A stretch of 64,000 bases of DNA from NCBI GenBank assembly GCA_963724295.1, contig CAVRUC010000010.1:96001-160000 (forward strand), read 5' to 3'. The notes under the pieces were generated by a model. It saw only the letters and a program-made list of their open reading frames with translations. It did no database searches and was not told where the DNA came from. The first letter of the stretch is position 1. The number at the start of each line of letters is the position of its first letter. A program made the position numbers and the translations under genes. This stretch comes from an uncultured Chloroflexia bacterium (GTDB taxonomy: Bacteria; Chloroflexota; Chloroflexia; Thermomicrobiales; UBA6265). Below, piece by piece: positions 36,406 through 49,073 of the stretch.

Positions 36406-38583
36406 CTAGAGCGGAGGGAGGGTCGTCTCCCGGAACACCGCGTCGCCGGAGCTCTCTGACCCGCTTTCGGTTGGGGGCGGCTCCGCCTCGGTCACCTCGG
36501 TGCCTGGTTCGACGCGAGGTTCCCGCTGGCCCACTGCCTCGCGGCGATGGGAAGGGCTGACGGTGGCTGGCCGGGACGGCTCCAGTGGACCGATTCCGGC
36601 CAGCAGGTCGTCGGCCCGTCGCGCCAGACTCGCCCCCCGGGCGCCCATGCGGCGAGCGGCGGCGCTGGCTTCGTGGAGCATCTGGCTTCCTTCGACCCGG
36701 GCTCCCTGACTGATCAGCATCTGGCCGAGACCGAGGGCGGCCTGCGCTTCACCGGCTGGATCGCTCCCGGCTCGCGCCTGGTTCAGCGCGCGGCGATACG
36801 TCACCGCGGCGGCAGGATCCTTGAGCGCGGCCTGCGCACCCGCCAGAGCGGAGAGTGCCTGTGCCTGAACCGCGGGCTGCCCCATGGTCTCAGCCAGCGC
36901 GACACCCCTCGTGAAGTGGTCCAGCGCGGCTGTCGTGTCGCCCCGGCTCATCGCCAGTCGACCCAACCGGATACGCAATCGCGTCTCGGTGAGACGATCG
37001 TTTCCCATCGCGGCCAGTTGCAGCGCTTGTTCGCCAAAAGCGATCGCGGCTGGAAGCTGACCGGTCTCCGCGGCCAGCGCCGACAGGAGATTGAGCAAAT
37101 CGATCTGCTCTTCAGTTTGGCCGAGGCGCCGGTTGAGCCCGTAGGCGTGCGTGTAGCACTCCTTGGCGCGGGCTGTCTGCCCGCCTCCAGCGTACATCCG
37201 CCCCAGCTGCGTCAGGATGTTCGCCTGCAACCCGAAATCTTCCACGCGCTGCGCCGCGGCCAGCGCATCGGAGAGGGCGCGCATCGCCTCTTGCGGTTGC
37301 TCGAATCGCCACAAGACCTGGCCAAGGGTTGCCAGCCAGCGTGCCTCGTGACGGCGATCACGCGCCGCCCGGGCCAGATCGAGCGCACGCATCAGATGTT
37401 CGAGGCTCTCCGAACGGCGCCCGGCCCGGGCGTAGGCCATTCCGATCCCGCCCAGTGTCCGCTGTTCGAGCGAGACATCGCCCGCGGCGGTGGCCAGCTC
37501 CAGCCCGCGGCCGAAGGCATCCAGCGCGGCGGGAACGTCATCCAGATCGAGCAGCGAGGTTCCCATGCGAATCGCCCATTCGGCCGCCGCGGCCCGGTTG
37601 CCGCGCCGGTCCTCGAGCGTGGCCAGATCTCGCTCGTGCCCGGCCGCGGCCGCGATCCGGCCCCGGGAGTGCTCGATCTCCGCCAGCGTAGTGAGGCAGC
37701 GGCCCTCCATCGCCAGGTCGCCGATCTGGCGACTGACCGTCAGACCCTCCTCGAGTTGGGTAACCGCTTCCGGGATCTTGCCGTTGCGGCGCAGAGTCTC
37801 GGCCAGACTGATCACGATCCGGCTTTGCAGACCGAGATCGGCCGTGCGACGCGCGGCTTCTGACGCCTGCCGTTGCAATGCGGCCATCGTCTCGAGATCG
37901 GTGTTGCGAGGCAGCATCTCGATCTGCCGCACGAGCGCTTCCGCGATACCGTGCTGGTAGTCGAGTCGTTGCGCGCCGCGGCCGGCGCGGCGGAAGAGCG
38001 CCTGGGCCTCGGTGCGCTCTCCCTCCTTGCGCAGGAGATCGCCGAGGGCGAGCGCGGCATTGACCTCGGCGATGTCATCGTCTTCCTCATCGCCAAGCTC
38101 GAGCTGTTGCCGCAGCAAGGCGCGCGCGCGCTCCGTATCGCCCGCGTCGAGCGCGCGCAGACCGAGCCGGCTCAGCGCGGCGCGACCACCCTCGACGTAT
38201 CCCGCCCGCTGCGCGACCGCGTAGGCGTCCCGCAGCAGTCGCTCACGTTCATGGCTGGGATCGTCACCGGGAAGAAGGGTATCGAGTCGCAGCGCGGCAT
38301 CGACGATCTGGTCATCGAAGCCCTTGGCGCGCGCCGCGGCATAGGTCAGTCGCGCCAGCACGACGGCATACTCGCGGTCCTCATCGGCCTGCTCTTCGAT
38401 CACCAGATCGAGTCCTTCGAAATCCTCAGCCGAGAGGCGATCGAGCACGGCGGGATCCCGGATCTCCGCCAGACCACCCTGAACCGATCGCTGGCGGTCA
38501 GTGACCTCCCGCGCGATGAGGAGCACCGTGTCGCCCGCGCTGTCCCGGCGCCGAAATCCCAGCCAGTCTCGCAATGACGTCAC
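36406..38583 (-). CDS. Large tetratricopeptide-repeat protein
   Basis: About 12 helical repeats of roughly 40 aa (LG..Y...G...EA...ALE.A...GD). Confidence 0.85.
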   Translation of the reverse strand: MTSLRDWLGFRRRDSAGDTVLLIAREVTDRQRSVQGGLAEIRDPAVLDRLSAEDFEGLDLVIEEQADEDREYAVVLARLTYAAARAKGFDDQIVDAALRLDTLLPGDDPSHERERLLRDAYAVAQRAGYVEGGRAALSRLGLRALDAGDTERARALLRQQLELGDEEDDDIAEVNAALALGDLLRKEGERTEAQALFRRAGRGAQRLDYQHGIAEALVRQIEMLPRNTDLETMAALQRQASEAARRTADLGLQSRIVISLAETLRRNGKIPEAVTQLEEGLTVSRQIGDLAMEGRCLTTLAEIEHSRGRIAAAAGHERDLATLEDRRGNRAAAAEWAIRMGTSLLDLDDVPAALDAFGRGLELATAAGDVSLEQRTLGGIGMAYARAGRRSESLEHLMRALDLARAARDRRHEARWLATLGQVLWRFEQPQEAMRALSDALAAAQRVEDFGLQANILTQLGRMYAGGGQTARAKECYTHAYGLNRRLGQTEEQIDLLNLLSALAAETGQLPAAIAFGEQALQLAAMGNDRLTETRLRIRLGRLAMSRGDTTAALDHFTRGVALAETMGQPAVQAQALSALAGAQAALKDPAAAVTYRRALNQARAGSDPAGEAQAALGLGQMLISQGARVEGSQMLHEASAAARRMGARGASLARRADDLLAGIGPLEPSRPATVSPSHRREAVGQREPRVEPGTEVTEAEPPPTESGSESSGDAVFRETTLPPL

Positions 38584-39704
38584 CAGGCATGCTCCATCGC
38601 GAGCGTCTCCGCCAAGGCGTCGAGGGTAAGATTTCCCCCCGATACGACAATGCCAACCTTCTGACCCGCTAATTCCTCCCGCATGGCGTATGCCGCGGCG
38701 AGGGCGGCCGCGCCGGCTCCCTCGGCGAGCACCCGCGCCGTCTCGAGCAGGGTCAGGATGCCGCGGCGCATTTCCGCGTCCGAGACGAGTCGAAAATCAT
38801 CCAAACGCTGCCAGAGGATCTGAGCCGGGAGGCTGAACGCGACCCGCGTGGCCAGCCCCTCCGCGAACGTATCCGCCCGCTCGATCTCTTGCAGCTGACC
38901 GCTACGCCAGGTCTCATAGACGACCGGGGCGCCGGCTGCCTGCACGCCAATGACACGCAGCTGAGGCAAGAGAGTCTTGCCGGCAAGGCAGGCGCCGGAC
39001 AGCCCGGAACCGCCGCCGGCGGGGACGATCAGCACATCCAGATCTGGCACAGCCTCCAGCATCTCTACGGTATACGTCGCGACACCCGCAATCAGACGCC
39101 AATCATTTGCTGGCGGGACAAGGTGCGCGCCGCGCGCCGTCGCATCGCGCTCGGCCTCGGCTCGGCTCTCGTCGAAATCCCGGCCGGCGAAACGCACCTC
39201 AGCCCCGAGTCGACGCATCGAGGCGACTTTCAATGGGTTCGCCTCATCGGGCATCCAGACGGTCGCCGGCACACCGAACTCGCGCGCCGCGTATGCGATC
39301 GACTGCCCGTGGTTGCCGGTCGACGCGGTAACGATTCCTCGTGCCCGCTCTTCCGCCGGCAGCTCGCTCAGAAGGAAGAGACCGCCGCGGACCTTGAACG
39401 CACCCATGGGTTGCAGATTCTCGCACTTGAGAAACGCCTGAAACCCAAGCAACGCGTCGAGCGCCGGGGTCGCGAGCAGGGGCGTCGGTTGCAGGTAGCG
39501 AGCGATGACCTCGCGCGCCCGGGTGACGTCGTCCATCGTCGGCAGTCGCACACCCGACAGCGGATCGACCTCCGGTAGCGGGAGCGGCGACGCGACCGAG
39601 CTATTCGATTTTCTCGTCGCCAGCGGCGTCACTCCGGCGTCCCCCACGGCGGTCTCTTGCCAGCCGCCATCCCGCGCCTTGACGCGGTAGTCCCTCACAT
39701 CCAT
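38580..39704 (-). CDS. PLP-dependent threonine/serine dehydratase family protein
   Basis: KCENLQPMGAFKVRG, STGNHG, GGGSG, SGGN; start uncertain and may lie downstream of 39704. Confidence 0.9.
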   Translation of the reverse strand: MDVRDYRVKARDGGWQETAVGDAGVTPLATRKSNSSVASPLPLPEVDPLSGVRLPTMDDVTRAREVIARYLQPTPLLATPALDALLGFQAFLKCENLQPMGAFKVRGGLFLLSELPAEERARGIVTASTGNHGQSIAYAAREFGVPATVWMPDEANPLKVASMRRLGAEVRFAGRDFDESRAEAERDATARGAHLVPPANDWRLIAGVATYTVEMLEAVPDLDVLIVPAGGGSGLSGACLAGKTLLPQLRVIGVQAAGAPVVYETWRSGQLQEIERADTFAEGLATRVAFSLPAQILWQRLDDFRLVSDAEMRRGILTLLETARVLAEGAGAAALAAAYAMREELAGQKVGIVVSGGNLTLDALAETLAMEHAW

Positions 39705-39831
39705 GCTAGCACCGGGTTCAATGGCGGCTCTGTCACAGCGACGACGAGTGTACGTACACTATGAAGGCCGGAACGGCCCGGATCGTGACGGCATGGCAAT
39801 ATGCGCCGGCGCGTGAGGGGCGGAGTGATCG

Positions 39832-40707
39832 GTGAAGAGCGAGGCGGCCGTTTCCAGGGCGTTCGGCGACCGGTTGACTGAGATGGCGCGCGCCAACGAC
39901 AGCCTGCTCTGCGTCGGACTCGATCCGGTCCGGTCGCGGTTGCCAGGTCCGCTGGACGCTGAACCGGACGTAACCCGCGCCATCGTCAGTTTCAACACCG
40001 GTGTCATCGCGGCCACATCCGATCTCGTCTGCGCCTACAAGCCGAACCTGGGCTTCTATCTCGCCTATGGCGCCGCCGGTGTCGCCGCGCTGGAAGAGAC
40101 CCGGCGACTCATTCCCGCGCACATTCCCGTCATCCTCGACGCCAAAGTCGGCGACATTGGCACCACCGCCGAAGCCTATGCTACCGGATACTTCGACACC
40201 TGGGGTTTTGACGCCGTCACTGTCAACCCCTATCTGGGCGAGGACTCGCTGGCGCCCTTCCTTTCGCGCGGTGACCGGGGTGTGATCGTCGTCTGTAAGA
40301 CGAGCAACCCCGGCTCGGCTGATTTGCAGAACCTCTGGCTTGACGCGAGCTCCAATCGGCAGCCGCTCTACCTCACGGTCGCCGACCGCGTCGCCGCCTG
40401 GGCAGAGCGCTGGCCGGGGACACTTGGTCTCGTGGTCGGCGCGACGTACCCGGCCGAGCTCGCCGAGGTGCGCCGCCGCTGCCCTGACGCACCGATCTTG
40501 CTCCCGGGCATCGGCGCCCAGGCCGGCGATCTGGAGGCGTCGCTGCATGCCGGGCTCGACAGTCGAGGTCTGGGTCTGATCGTCTCCTCTTCCCGGTCAG
40601 TCATCTATGCCGGCAAGGACCACGGGGGTGGCTGGACGGCGGCCGTGCGGGCCGCTGCCCTGGAGCTTCGCGAGGCCATCAACAGCGTCCGGGCTGCTCG
40701 AGGCTGA
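39832..40707 (+). CDS. pyrF: Orotidine-5'-phosphate decarboxylase (subfamily 2)
   Basis: LCVGLDP, YKPN, LDAKVGDIGTT, KTSNPG, VVGATYP, PGIGAQ. Confidence 0.95.
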   Translation: MKSEAAVSRAFGDRLTEMARANDSLLCVGLDPVRSRLPGPLDAEPDVTRAIVSFNTGVIAATSDLVCAYKPNLGFYLAYGAAGVAALEETRRLIPAHIPVILDAKVGDIGTTAEAYATGYFDTWGFDAVTVNPYLGEDSLAPFLSRGDRGVIVVCKTSNPGSADLQNLWLDASSNRQPLYLTVADRVAAWAERWPGTLGLVVGATYPAELAEVRRRCPDAPILLPGIGAQAGDLEASLHAGLDSRGLGLIVSSSRSVIYAGKDHGGGWTAAVRAAALELREAINSVRAARG

Positions 40708-40987
40708 TCGACTATGCCCTGGCGGCGCGCTACGCGCCTGGAGCAAGCAGCCCTTCCCGCATCACCAGATCTACGGCCAGGGTGCGGTACCCGACAGAAT
40801 CGAAGTTGCAGCGTGATGTCGCCGGAACTGACAAGCACAGCCAACTTTGCGCATGACCCCGGGGTTGGGCGAGCGCCACCGCTTTGCGGTGAACGAGGCT
40901 TGCGCGCAGAATGGGGCCGCGCGGGTGTGATGTCGGGTGGGGCAGGGGCTAGCGGCTGCTGGCGCCATCTCGTGGGGAGCGGGGCAG

Positions 40988-41983
40988 ATGGCCGTATCGG
41001 GACGCGATCACTCAGCCGAAAGAGCCACCGTCGCAGGCAGACGAGAGCGACCGCGGCGCGACCTCAACCCCGTTTTTCGCGCCGGGATTCTCGCTGTCAC
41101 CAGCAATCCGCTCGTGTCGCGCGGGGTGCGGCGCTACGGCATGCGTCTGGGCGCATCACGCTTCGTCGCCGGCGAGACATTCGCCGAGGCGATTCTTGTC
41201 CTGCGATCGCTGAATCAGAGCGGTCTGCGCACCAACACCACCCTGCTCGGCGAAGGAGTCAAGGACCCAGCCACCACCCAGGCCGTCGTCGACGAGTACA
41301 AAGCGGATCTCGACCGCATCGCGGCGGAGGGGCTGCAGACCAATATCGCACTCAAGTTGACGCATCTTGGTCTCGATCTCGATCCCGAGCTCGCCTATCG
41401 CAACGTTGCCGACGTCGTCGCGCACGCCGCGACGCACGGCAACTTCATCCGCATCGACATGGAGGAATCGGCCCGCGTCGACGACACCCTGCGCATCTAT
41501 CGCCGCCTCCGCGGCGACGGACATGACAACGTCGGGACCGTTTTGCAGTCGTACCTCTATCGCACCCCGGCCGATCTGGAGAGTCTCTTGCCGCTGTCGC
41601 CCAATCTCCGCCTGGTAAAAGGCGCCTATCTGGAGCCGGCGAGCATCGCCTACCCGCGTAAGGCAGACGTCGACCGCGCCTACATCGAACTGGCGGAGCG
41701 CATGCTGATTGACAGCGCCTTCACCGCGATCGCGACGCATGACGAACGGATCATCGATCACGTTATCGCGTTCACTCAGCGCCATGGCATTGGCACCGAC
41801 CGCTTCGAGTTTCAGATGCTCTACGGCGTGCGGCCGCAGTTTCAGCTCGACCTCGCGCGGGCCGGTCACCGTGTCCTCATCGCCACGCCCTACGGTCCGC
41901 ACTGGTACCACTATCTCATGCGCCGCCTCGCGGAACGTCCCGCGAACCTGGTCTGGTTCGCGACGAACATGGTGAGGCGGTAG
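40988..41983 (+). CDS. Proline dehydrogenase (monofunctional)
   Basis: RFVAGE, RIDMEE, RLVKGAY, IATHD, FQMLYG, YLMRRLAERPAN. Confidence 0.92.
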   Translation: MAVSGRDHSAERATVAGRRERPRRDLNPVFRAGILAVTSNPLVSRGVRRYGMRLGASRFVAGETFAEAILVLRSLNQSGLRTNTTLLGEGVKDPATTQAVVDEYKADLDRIAAEGLQTNIALKLTHLGLDLDPELAYRNVADVVAHAATHGNFIRIDMEESARVDDTLRIYRRLRGDGHDNVGTVLQSYLYRTPADLESLLPLSPNLRLVKGAYLEPASIAYPRKADVDRAYIELAERMLIDSAFTAIATHDERIIDHVIAFTQRHGIGTDRFEFQMLYGVRPQFQLDLARAGHRVLIATPYGPHWYHYLMRRLAERPANLVWFATNMVRR

Positions 41984-42150
41984 CGCGCGAAGTCGGTAAG
42001 TCGGTCAGTCGGTAAGTCGGCAAGGAAGAGCGCAGATGAGGGGTCGAGAAGAACTCGCGTCCAATCCCCCTCTTCCCCCGGGAGCGTAGCGACCCCCCTC
42101 AGCGCAGCGCCCCCCTGAGCGGAGCGGCACCCCCTCCGTCCGTACGCGCG

Positions 42151-42159
42151 TGCTACTAT
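42151..42159 (+). promoter_or_regulatory. Extended -10 promoter (TGCTACTAT) for parA-guaB
   Basis: TGn-TACTAT about 38 nt upstream of the parA ATG. Confidence 0.45.
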
Positions 42160-42196
42160 CGCCGTGAGGAGAGGCGGCACTGCGGACGAGACACGG

Positions 42197-44661
<2,465 letters not shown>

Positions 44662-44699
44662 TTGCTCCCTGCGGTCGCGGTGGTTGTTCGCTGCGCTCA

Positions 44700-44809
44700 C
44701 GGTGACAGGGTGGTTACTCGCTCCGCTCGTGGTGGCAGGGTGGCAAGGTATTGGGTCACGGTTCTCCCTGCCACCCTGCCACCCTGCCACCCTGCCACCC
44801 TGCCACCCT
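44700..44809. repeat. Composite palindromic repeat, copy 2 (inverted), with (CCCTGCCA) x5
   Basis: Reverse complement aligns with 22530-22628. Confidence 0.75.
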
Positions 44810-44924
44810 CGTCTCACCCAGGACCGTTGACTCTGAGTCTCATATAGTCAAGCGCGCGATCACTCGATACAATGAATATGAGGCCGGAGCGGAGGGTCCG
44901 GCTGTGTGAAGGGGACAGGGATCG

Positions 44925-45653
44925 ATGCGGCTTCGAAGTCTACTCGTGTCTGCGTTGAGCGTGCTCATCGTACTCACCGGTGCTGGACTACCCATCGACG
45001 CCGTTTCCGCTCGCTCAGTCGATGCGGACTCCGCCTTCGTCGAGGTCCCGATCTACGTCCAGCAACGCAATCTCAGTTGCGAGTACGCCTCGCTGGTCAT
45101 CGCCCTGGGCGCGTACGACACCTGGGTCTCGGAATGGACCTTCGACGAACTGGTGCCCGCGTCCGATAACCCACACTGGGGATATCGTGGCGACATCAAC
45201 GGCGCCTGGGGCAACACTGTCGACTACGGTGTCTATCCCGAGCCGCTGGTTGGACCACTCGCGGAGCTCGGTTTCCGGGGCGAGGTGTTCTACGCCCAGG
45301 GTGACGCGAGCTCCCTGCAGCGTTATCTCGCCAACGGGGTGCCGGTCATCCTCTGGCTCGGCATGTGGGGCGACCAGAGTTACTACGAATATGCCGACGA
45401 CGGCACGCCCTACAAGATCAATCCGGGCTACCACGTCGTCGTCGCATACGGCTATGACGAGTCCGGAGTCTATGCGGTCGATCCGGCCACAGGGAACACC
45501 GTCTCCTGGTCGTGGGGCGACTTCATGTGGATGTGGGACGCCATGGACGGCATGTCGCTTGCGGTCTGGCCGCTGGCACGGGTGGAGACCACAGCAACCG
45601 ATCCTCCAGCCGAAGTGACTGCAAGCGACTCCACCACCGGCGTCTGCTGCTGA
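44925..45653 (+). CDS. Secreted C39-like cysteine peptidase
   Basis: Signal peptide; YVQQRNLSCEYAS, HVVVAYGYD and VDP catalytic-triad motifs. Confidence 0.8.
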   Translation: MRLRSLLVSALSVLIVLTGAGLPIDAVSARSVDADSAFVEVPIYVQQRNLSCEYASLVIALGAYDTWVSEWTFDELVPASDNPHWGYRGDINGAWGNTVDYGVYPEPLVGPLAELGFRGEVFYAQGDASSLQRYLANGVPVILWLGMWGDQSYYEYADDGTPYKINPGYHVVVAYGYDESGVYAVDPATGNTVSWSWGDFMWMWDAMDGMSLAVWPLARVETTATDPPAEVTASDSTTGVCC

Positions 45654-45686
45654 GCTTTTCTTCCAAACGATCTTCGGCCATCCCCG

Positions 45687-46583
45687 CTATGCGCGTACGG
45701 GGCTGGACCGACCGATCACTTCGTCAAGCAACAGATTGAGGCTGGCCCGGTCGACAACTCCGGAGATGTAGTGATCGATCCCCATGCCAGCGAGCTGCTC
45801 CAGGAACGCGGGCAGCGCTTCCGGTAGCATCGCCATCGGGTGAGACTCTCGCAGGGCTGCCGGACCGAGCACCGTCTTCTCGATGGCTTCGTACGAACGT
45901 CCTTCCGCGTCGCAGTGCGCGCGCAGGACATCGAGCTTGTGCTGAAGCAGCGCGATCCCCTCGTCACCCGGCCTGGCGAAGAGGTTGCACGCGTCGGCAT
46001 AGCGGGCCACGAGGCGGAGCGTCTTCTGCTCACCAGAACCGCCGACCATGATGCGCGGATGCGGCCTGGAAATCGGCATCGGCTGACAGAGCGTCTCCGC
46101 AAGCCGGTAGTGCTTGCCAGCAAATGCGCCGGCTTCACCGGACCACATCTGGCTAGCGATCTGTAACGTCTCCTCCAGGCGCTCGAAGCGCTCGCCGACG
46201 GGCGGGAACGCCACACCGAGGGCAAGATGTTCGCGTTCGTACCAGCCAGCGCCAATCCCGAGCCAGGCCCGGCCACCGGAGAGCACGTCGAGCGTTGTTA
46301 CCGTCTTGACCAGGACTCCGGGATGGCGATACGTCACGCCCGTGACCAGTGTGCCGAGCGAGATGCGCTCGCTGATACCGGCGGCGAAGGCCAGTGCCGA
46401 GTACCCCTCGAGCATCGGCTCATCGGCTTCCCCGATCGACGGAATCTGGAAGAAGTGATCCATCACCCACAACGAATCCAGCCCGCCCTGGTCGGCGTCG
46501 CGGACCATTCCCGCAAACTCGGACGCGATGGCGGCGTCCCCTCCTGGTGTGACAAAACGCGGAATGGTTATGCCAAACTTCAT
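45687..46583 (-). CDS. LLM class F420-dependent oxidoreductase
   Basis: WVMDHFFQ, LGTLVTGVTYRHPG, LDVLSGGR, GGSGEQKTL. Confidence 0.9.
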   Translation of the reverse strand: MKFGITIPRFVTPGGDAAIASEFAGMVRDADQGGLDSLWVMDHFFQIPSIGEADEPMLEGYSALAFAAGISERISLGTLVTGVTYRHPGVLVKTVTTLDVLSGGRAWLGIGAGWYEREHLALGVAFPPVGERFERLEETLQIASQMWSGEAGAFAGKHYRLAETLCQPMPISRPHPRIMVGGSGEQKTLRLVARYADACNLFARPGDEGIALLQHKLDVLRAHCDAEGRSYEAIEKTVLGPAALRESHPMAMLPEALPAFLEQLAGMGIDHYISGVVDRASLNLLLDEVIGRSSPVRA

Positions 46584-46618
46584 CGAGACTCGTTCCTCTC
46601 CGTAGCACACCCCGGACC

Positions 46619-46681
46619 GTCAACAATTGTTGACTTGTCGTACGATAGACGCGGCGTGCGGATTTGTCAACGATTGTTGAC
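46619..46681. promoter_or_regulatory. Two palindromic operators, probably bound by the adjacent TetR
   Basis: GTCAACAATTGTTGAC (46619-46634, perfect) and GTCAACGATTGTTGAC (46666-46681) in the divergent intergenic region. Confidence 0.75.
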
Positions 46682-46710
46682 TAACGGTGTTTCAAGGTCG
46701 GAGATTCGGG

Positions 46711-47310
46711 GTGAATGGGCACGACTGCAGCCAGGCAACCGAAGGAGCCTGTCCTCCGCCACGCGGGCGTAACGCAGCCGCCACCCGGCAGGCGATTCTC
46801 GATTCGGCGCGCTGGTGCTTCTCCCATGACGGCTACGACCAGGTCGGCGTACGCGACATCGCGGCGCGAGCAGGCGCAGATCCCGCGCTCGTCAATCGGT
46901 ACTTCGGGTCCAAAGAAGCGCTCTTCGCCGAAGCGGTCAGCGCCAAGTTCGATCTGAGCGAGCTTTTCGCCGGAGATCGCGCGACACTCGGCGGGCGTCT
47001 GGCGAGCTACGTCTTGCAGAAGAAGACGTCGTCCAATGGCTATGATCCGCTCATCGCGCTGCTGCGCTCGTCGTCAAGCGAGGTGGCCGGCGGCATGCTG
47101 CGCGATGCGCTCGTTGACAGGTTCGTGCGGCCGCTGGCAGCCCGCCTGGATGGCCCTGACGCGATGCCGCGAGCCGAGCTTGTGGGGTCGATCCTGCTCG
47201 GATTACTGGTCTACCGCACGATTGTCGGTGGCACCATGACGCAGAGTAACGAGCGGTTGATGGCATCGGTCACCCGGACACTGCAGACGCTGATCGATGG
47301 CGCTGCATAG
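46711..47310 (+). CDS. TetR family transcriptional regulator
   Basis: TRQAILDSA...GYDQVGVRDIAARAGADPALVNRYFGSKEAL. Confidence 0.92.
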   Translation: MNGHDCSQATEGACPPPRGRNAAATRQAILDSARWCFSHDGYDQVGVRDIAARAGADPALVNRYFGSKEALFAEAVSAKFDLSELFAGDRATLGGRLASYVLQKKTSSNGYDPLIALLRSSSSEVAGGMLRDALVDRFVRPLAARLDGPDAMPRAELVGSILLGLLVYRTIVGGTMTQSNERLMASVTRTLQTLIDGAA

Positions 47311-47337
47311 CACTCGACCACTGGCAGGGGAGGACGC

Positions 47338-48117
47338 ATGGAACCGTTGGCGGGCCGGGCGGCCCTGGTAACCGGCGCCGGCATTGGCATTGGTGAAGGA
47401 ATCGCCCGCGAGCTGGCGCGACAGGGGGCTCGCGTGGCGCTTCATTACGCTGGCAGCAGCGTTGGCGCCCACGCGGCCATGGCGGAGATCACCGCGGCCG
47501 GCGGTGAGGCGATCGCGGTGCAGGGCGATCTGCGGTACGTCGACGACTGCGAACGCGTGGTCGCGGAGGCAACTGACGCATTCGGGGGATTGGACATCCT
47601 CGTCAACAACGCGGGTGTCACCCGGGCTGGCACGATCGAGGAGACGACCGAAGCCCTCTACGACGAGATGTTCGACCTGAACATGAAGGGCTACTTCTTT
47701 TGCGCTCGCGCCGCGCTTCCCACGTTGGAACGCTCCGGACACGGCTCCATCATCAACATCACCTCGATCCATGGCGGCGCGGGATTCCCGAACCATGCCG
47801 CCTACGCGGGGACCAAAGGCGCCGTCATCGGATTCACGCGATCACTTGCCATCGAGCTGGCGCCCAGGCACGTGCGGGTGAACGCTATCGGTCCCGGTGT
47901 CATCGAAGTGCCTCGCTACTTCGACATGCCGGGCTACACGACCGAGTTCGGCAACACGCTGATCCCGTGGGGGCGCGTCGGGCACCCGAGCGACATTGCC
48001 CCAGCCGTCGCGTTTCTGGCAGGCGATGGCGCCGACTTCATTACCGGGCAAACGCTCTACGTGGATGGCGGCACGAACGCGCGCATGGGTCTTTTCTGGG
48101 AGAGCCCGGCCCAGTAG
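47338..48117 (+). CDS. SDR family oxidoreductase
   Basis: TGAGIGIG, NNAG, YAGTK, VDGG. Confidence 0.9.
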   Translation: MEPLAGRAALVTGAGIGIGEGIARELARQGARVALHYAGSSVGAHAAMAEITAAGGEAIAVQGDLRYVDDCERVVAEATDAFGGLDILVNNAGVTRAGTIEETTEALYDEMFDLNMKGYFFCARAALPTLERSGHGSIINITSIHGGAGFPNHAAYAGTKGAVIGFTRSLAIELAPRHVRVNAIGPGVIEVPRYFDMPGYTTEFGNTLIPWGRVGHPSDIAPAVAFLAGDGADFITGQTLYVDGGTNARMGLFWESPAQ

Positions 48118-48154
48118 CCGTACGGACCCTGTGCGGGGTGTCCTGGACCCCACG

Positions 48155-48733
48155 ATGATCCCCGGCGAGACGATCAATCTGCGCGCGGTCGAACGTCACG
48201 ATGTGCCTCTGCTCCACGGTTGGTTCAATGATCCAGCCCTGATGGACGGCTGGGGCTGGAGTGCTCCAGCTCGCTCGATCCAGCATGTGGCGGAGCAGGT
48301 CGAGGACTGGCTGGCGCGGGAGGCGGCGTTCGATCGGCCGGAGGCGCTCATCGCCGAATCGCTCGCGGGCGACCCCATCGGTCTGGTCGTCGCACGCGTC
48401 GACCGGCCAGAAGCCCGCTCCGTCGAGCTCTCGCTTCTGGTCGACGCCGGCTACTGGAGTCAAGGATTCGGAATGGACATGATGCAGACCATTCTCGACG
48501 CTTGCTTCGCCGGGTGGGGAGTCCACCGGATCGGCGTTCGTGTCGAAGAAGGCAATGAGCGCGCCCTGGCTCTCTACCGCCGCCTTGGCTTCAAGAAGGA
48601 GGGCCGCTTACGCCAGGCCGCGTTTCGGGATGGCCGGCACCAGGACGTGCTCCTGCTGGGGCAACTTGCCGCGGAATGGGCCGCCCGTGAGGATCGAGCA
48701 CGTTCACCACGGTTCACTGAGCGGGATCGATAA
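48155..48733 (+). CDS. GNAT (RimJ/RimL-like) N-acetyltransferase
   Basis: INLRAVE, YWSQGFG, NERALALYRRLGFKKEG. Confidence 0.85.
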   Translation: MIPGETINLRAVERHDVPLLHGWFNDPALMDGWGWSAPARSIQHVAEQVEDWLAREAAFDRPEALIAESLAGDPIGLVVARVDRPEARSVELSLLVDAGYWSQGFGMDMMQTILDACFAGWGVHRIGVRVEEGNERALALYRRLGFKKEGRLRQAAFRDGRHQDVLLLGQLAAEWAAREDRARSPRFTERDR

Positions 48734-49034
48734 GACCCTTGCCGGCAACGGGCTCGAGCGTGAACCGTTCTCCGAACCCGGCGATCAGCGGCCTGGCGCG
48801 GGCGATGACGGCTTTCACGTCATCACCGGCCAGCGAGGCGGCGTGATCCGCTTCGCTGCGCCAGACCTCGGTGACCCAGATCCCATCCGGGTCGTCCGGC
48901 ATCGTGTTTACGATCCAGACCTCGCAACCAGGCAGGTCCGCGACGAGATCAGCGGCCTCCAGGAGAATCTCGAGTAGCGCCTCCCGCTGCCCCGGCTGCG
49001 CCTTCATGATTCCGCAAAGCCCGTATCGACTCAC
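48714..49034 (-). CDS. Antibiotic biosynthesis monooxygenase (ABM) family protein
   Basis: KAQPGQREAL, PGCE, WVTEVWRSEADHAASL. Confidence 0.85.
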   Translation of the reverse strand: MSRYGLCGIMKAQPGQREALLEILLEAADLVADLPGCEVWIVNTMPDDPDGIWVTEVWRSEADHAASLAGDDVKAVIARARPLIAGFGERFTLEPVAGKGLIDPAQ

Positions 49035-49073
49035 TGCTCCCCTCCTGATGCCGCTCGCTGCCCGGCCCGGTAT

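Noticed and set aside
45640..45653. C-terminal Cys-Cys of the C39 peptidase as a lipidation signal
   Set aside because: No supporting bacterial pathway is evident, and it follows a low-complexity tail, so it could be chance.
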